From positions 14,260,001 through 14,324,000 of the forward strand of contig NC_087249.1 in assembly GCF_037042905.1 (NCBI RefSeq): a DNA stretch of 64,000 bases, read 5' to 3'. Numbering within the stretch: the stretch's first letter is position 1; every line of letters begins with the position of its first letter. Below, in pieces: positions 61,320-64,000 of this stretch. Under the pieces are notes generated by a model. It did not search any database, was not told where the DNA came from, and was given only the letters and a program-made list of their open reading frames with translations. The DNA comes from Lytechinus pictus (Eukaryota). The translations under genes were made by a program, and so were the position numbers.

Positions 61320-63084
61320 TACTATTAAAAATTATTTTTTTGAATGTCGCGGGGAATGTCGGCCCGACGCTTGACCCAAATCCCGTGCTTATTTGCTAAT
61401 TTCTCAGCAATTACACAATTTCTTCCGGAATCCTTTGGCACATATTTTTTATATATACAAACAGACACTTTGGTGGTCATTTCATTGGATTCTATACTAT
61501 AGACTGTACGAACTCATTTTGAAATCGTTACCACAACTGGCATTTATCTTTAACTTAGACTAAGACTCTAACTAACAGTAACATTAGGCCTAACGTTACT
61601 TATAGTTAGATCTAACGTTAGGTAGACCTATAAGTAACGTTAACAAAAGTTAGACCTGTTGTTGGTCTAACGTTAGGCCTCAGTAGTCTAGAGTCTACAC
61701 ATAGGTCCAACGTTAGTAACACTAGTACATGTAAGTTAGACCTCTGAACGAATATGATGAATTCCGGGATGAATTATTAAGATATAGACTAGCCTAGCCT
61801 AGTATTTTTAGTTTTAGTACTATAGTAGTAGGGTCTATAATAGATGAGAGCTAGTATAGGCACTGAGTCGTTTTGTCAGCAGCAAGAGTGGCAGATAGGA
61901 GGGTGGCAATTAATTAATAAGAGGGGATCTGGAGTGGTGAAACTTGGGTAGCCTGAACTGAAAGAAGTTAGACCGATTGCTCAGTTTGACCATATTTTTG
62001 TGGGACCCTCTGGTCGATCTGTTCTAGATCGAAACTGGTGGAAAGTAGATCTAGACCCTAGTAGGAATTTTTGAGTCCTAGGCTAAGGAGTAAGGCTAAC
62101 TTAGTATTTCCCACAAACTCTCTGGAAAGGACTATAGGCCTACGAATAAATAATGTAAAAACCTAGACTCTAAATCCTCCCCGTATGACGTCATAGGCTT
62201 AGCTAATTAACGTTAGACCTTGTTTTCATTGAAATATAGAGTCTAGGCCTAGTCACTAAATTTAGGCTACTATAATTTTGGAGAGAACTTGCATTAAAAA
62301 AGGTTATTGTTTCTAGTTTGTCAAAAATTGTCAGTCTGTTATTATGTAAAGGATTTTAAAATGAGCGCACTTTCCTTTATCCAGGGGCAGCTCAATCGTG
62401 GGGCGATGGGAAGGGTTTGGGTTGGCACTGGCTTGCCCGAAATAGAAATCCCCCAGAACAAAAGTGACCCTTTTTCAATATGAAATATGTCCTTTGTGTG
62501 CTGGCATAACTTTTAAATCTGCACATTTCTGTTCCAAAATTTGATTGCTTTATTTGTGTAATTTCATTCTTTTTTCATTGGTTTATTTTTTATTTAGTAT
62601 TATTTTTTTTTTTTTTGGGGGGGGGGCTGAAGTGATTGGGTACGTATATTATACAGAGAAGACATAATTTGCTGACATTTTATTCAACAAACATTTCATC
62701 CCTAAAAAAAAAATCATATGGCTTAGCTTATAGGCTCTCATGGAGGCAAAAAATTGTGCCTCTATCTTTTTTTTTCTTAACATGACCCTATGTTTACATG
62801 TACTTTTCAAATGATAAAAAATTATTATTTCAAGCTCTTGAAGGAATTTCTAGACGATCACTTTTCTCTACAACTAAGCAAAATCATTTCAATTAGGAGA
62901 ATTTCTATTTGTGCATTATAAAAATTGGACCCTGATCAGCAAGCCTGTTAGTTACAATGTAAATGTAAGAAATTGCTGATTGGGCACTGGCCTTTCACTA
63001 ATCGCTTTTGCAATTCTTTAAACCTTTATTATTATTATTTGCTAACAAAATTTATATGGAATGTGTTGCATGACAGATACCAAC

Positions 63085-63930
63085 ATGGAGGAAGCCCTTA
63101 TCCTAGAAGTGTAGGAAAATCCAATCCTGTATGACAAGAGATTGGAGATGTTCAAGGATACAGAAGTAAAAAAATGATGTATGACATGACATTGGGCGTC
63201 AGCTTGTAATCTCAGGTTGGTATCATTTTACGTCATATCAATTTTTTTCAAACTTCACGATTTTTTCACTATCAATTTGAAGAAAAATATTGAACAATGT
63301 AAAAGAGTTATATTTGTATGTGGATGTTTGAAAGCAAATCAAGTTCACAATCTAACAACTGTAGCTAACTTCTGGTTGTTGTAATTCAATGAATACCAAT
63401 GGTAAGTTTTGGTCATTATGGCCATTTTTTAAATTGTTTGCACATGTGTAAAATAGTCTAGTGTTAAAAAAAAAAATAATAATAAATGAGACACAAGAGC
63501 AAGGGTATGTAAATGCAGAAAGCGACCTTGCTTTGTGATGTGGACCAAAAACTATATACCAACCCCACCTCTCAAATACGTAATATAAATATCACGTCAC
63601 TTTTACAAGAAAAAAAAATGGAGGCAAAATTCTTTACTATCAAAAGCATGTTGTCCAATTTCACATTGAAATATTTCGGGGGGGGGGGGGGAGTGGGTAG
63701 GGCTTGAAATGAGTCATATACAGAAATGAAAATTTCAGAGGTTATAGGAATTAGATTTCGTGTTGTTTTTTTCATTATTTTAAGGTGACGTAGCGAGTTG
63801 AGGGACAACTTCCTAAAAAACGACAGAAATGGAGAAGAAGAGTGGTGACGGAGCTCCCTCAAATGCAGCACGTAAATACAAGTACAGTGAGGCAATGGAA
63901 TTCCTACTTCCCCACATACATAATCGAGAG
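63085..63930 (+). pseudogene. MADF (Myb/SANT-like) domain pseudogene, two exons
   Basis: 63085-63215 reads MEEALILEV*ENPILYDKRLEMFKDTEVKK. 63786-63930 reads LRDNFLK/EKKSGDGAPSNAARKYKYSEAMEFLLPHIHNR. AG/GT boundaries, with stops and frameshifts. Confidence 0.75.
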
Positions 63931-64000
63931 TAAGATATTCAATATTTTGTTTTCTTATCCCAGGGAAGAGAGAATATGTGTATATCAATTTGAATTCATG

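Larger units (their letters stand above)
59643..64000 (+). mobile_element. Left portion of a decayed PIF/Harbinger transposon
   Basis: TTA|AGGCCCGTTTACAC terminus, subterminal CACGGC repeats and a downstream MADF pseudogene. The right end is not in the window. Confidence 0.6.

Overview
AT-rich animal genomic DNA with spliceosomal introns and three assembly gaps (1131-1328, 14707-14868, 53940-54129). The repeat landscape looks echinoderm/sea-urchin-like, which is an inference. All gene models were reconstructed by hand from splice sites and reading phase; nothing was database-searched. (1) A cluster of three DHRS11-like short-chain dehydrogenase paralogues. Two are complete 7-exon, 251-aa genes arranged head-to-head (A, minus, 4399-14416; B, plus, 16907-21360) around an inverted, conserved promoter/5'UTR module. 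The third (C, plus, 28631-42451) keeps the promoter and exons 4-7 but lacks coding exons 1-3 and has a frameshift. (2) A 4-exon gene (46603-54376) for a 213-aa type I membrane protein: signal peptide, furin site, one six-cysteine Sushi/CCP domain, a TM helix and a PPPY/YARF tail. (3) A nearly intact antisense L2-group LINE ORF2 and a triplicated ~1.5-kb unit, both inside the last intron of paralogue C. (4) The left part of a decayed PIF/Harbinger transposon with a MADF pseudogene at the window end. (5) Many MITEs, tRNA-derived SINEs, a Helentron-like repeat array and a Penelope-type hammerhead-ribozyme relic. Most short ORFs in the supplied track are noise. No prokaryote-style system is present. 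The best leads are the SDR cluster architecture and the Sushi-TM-PY protein.
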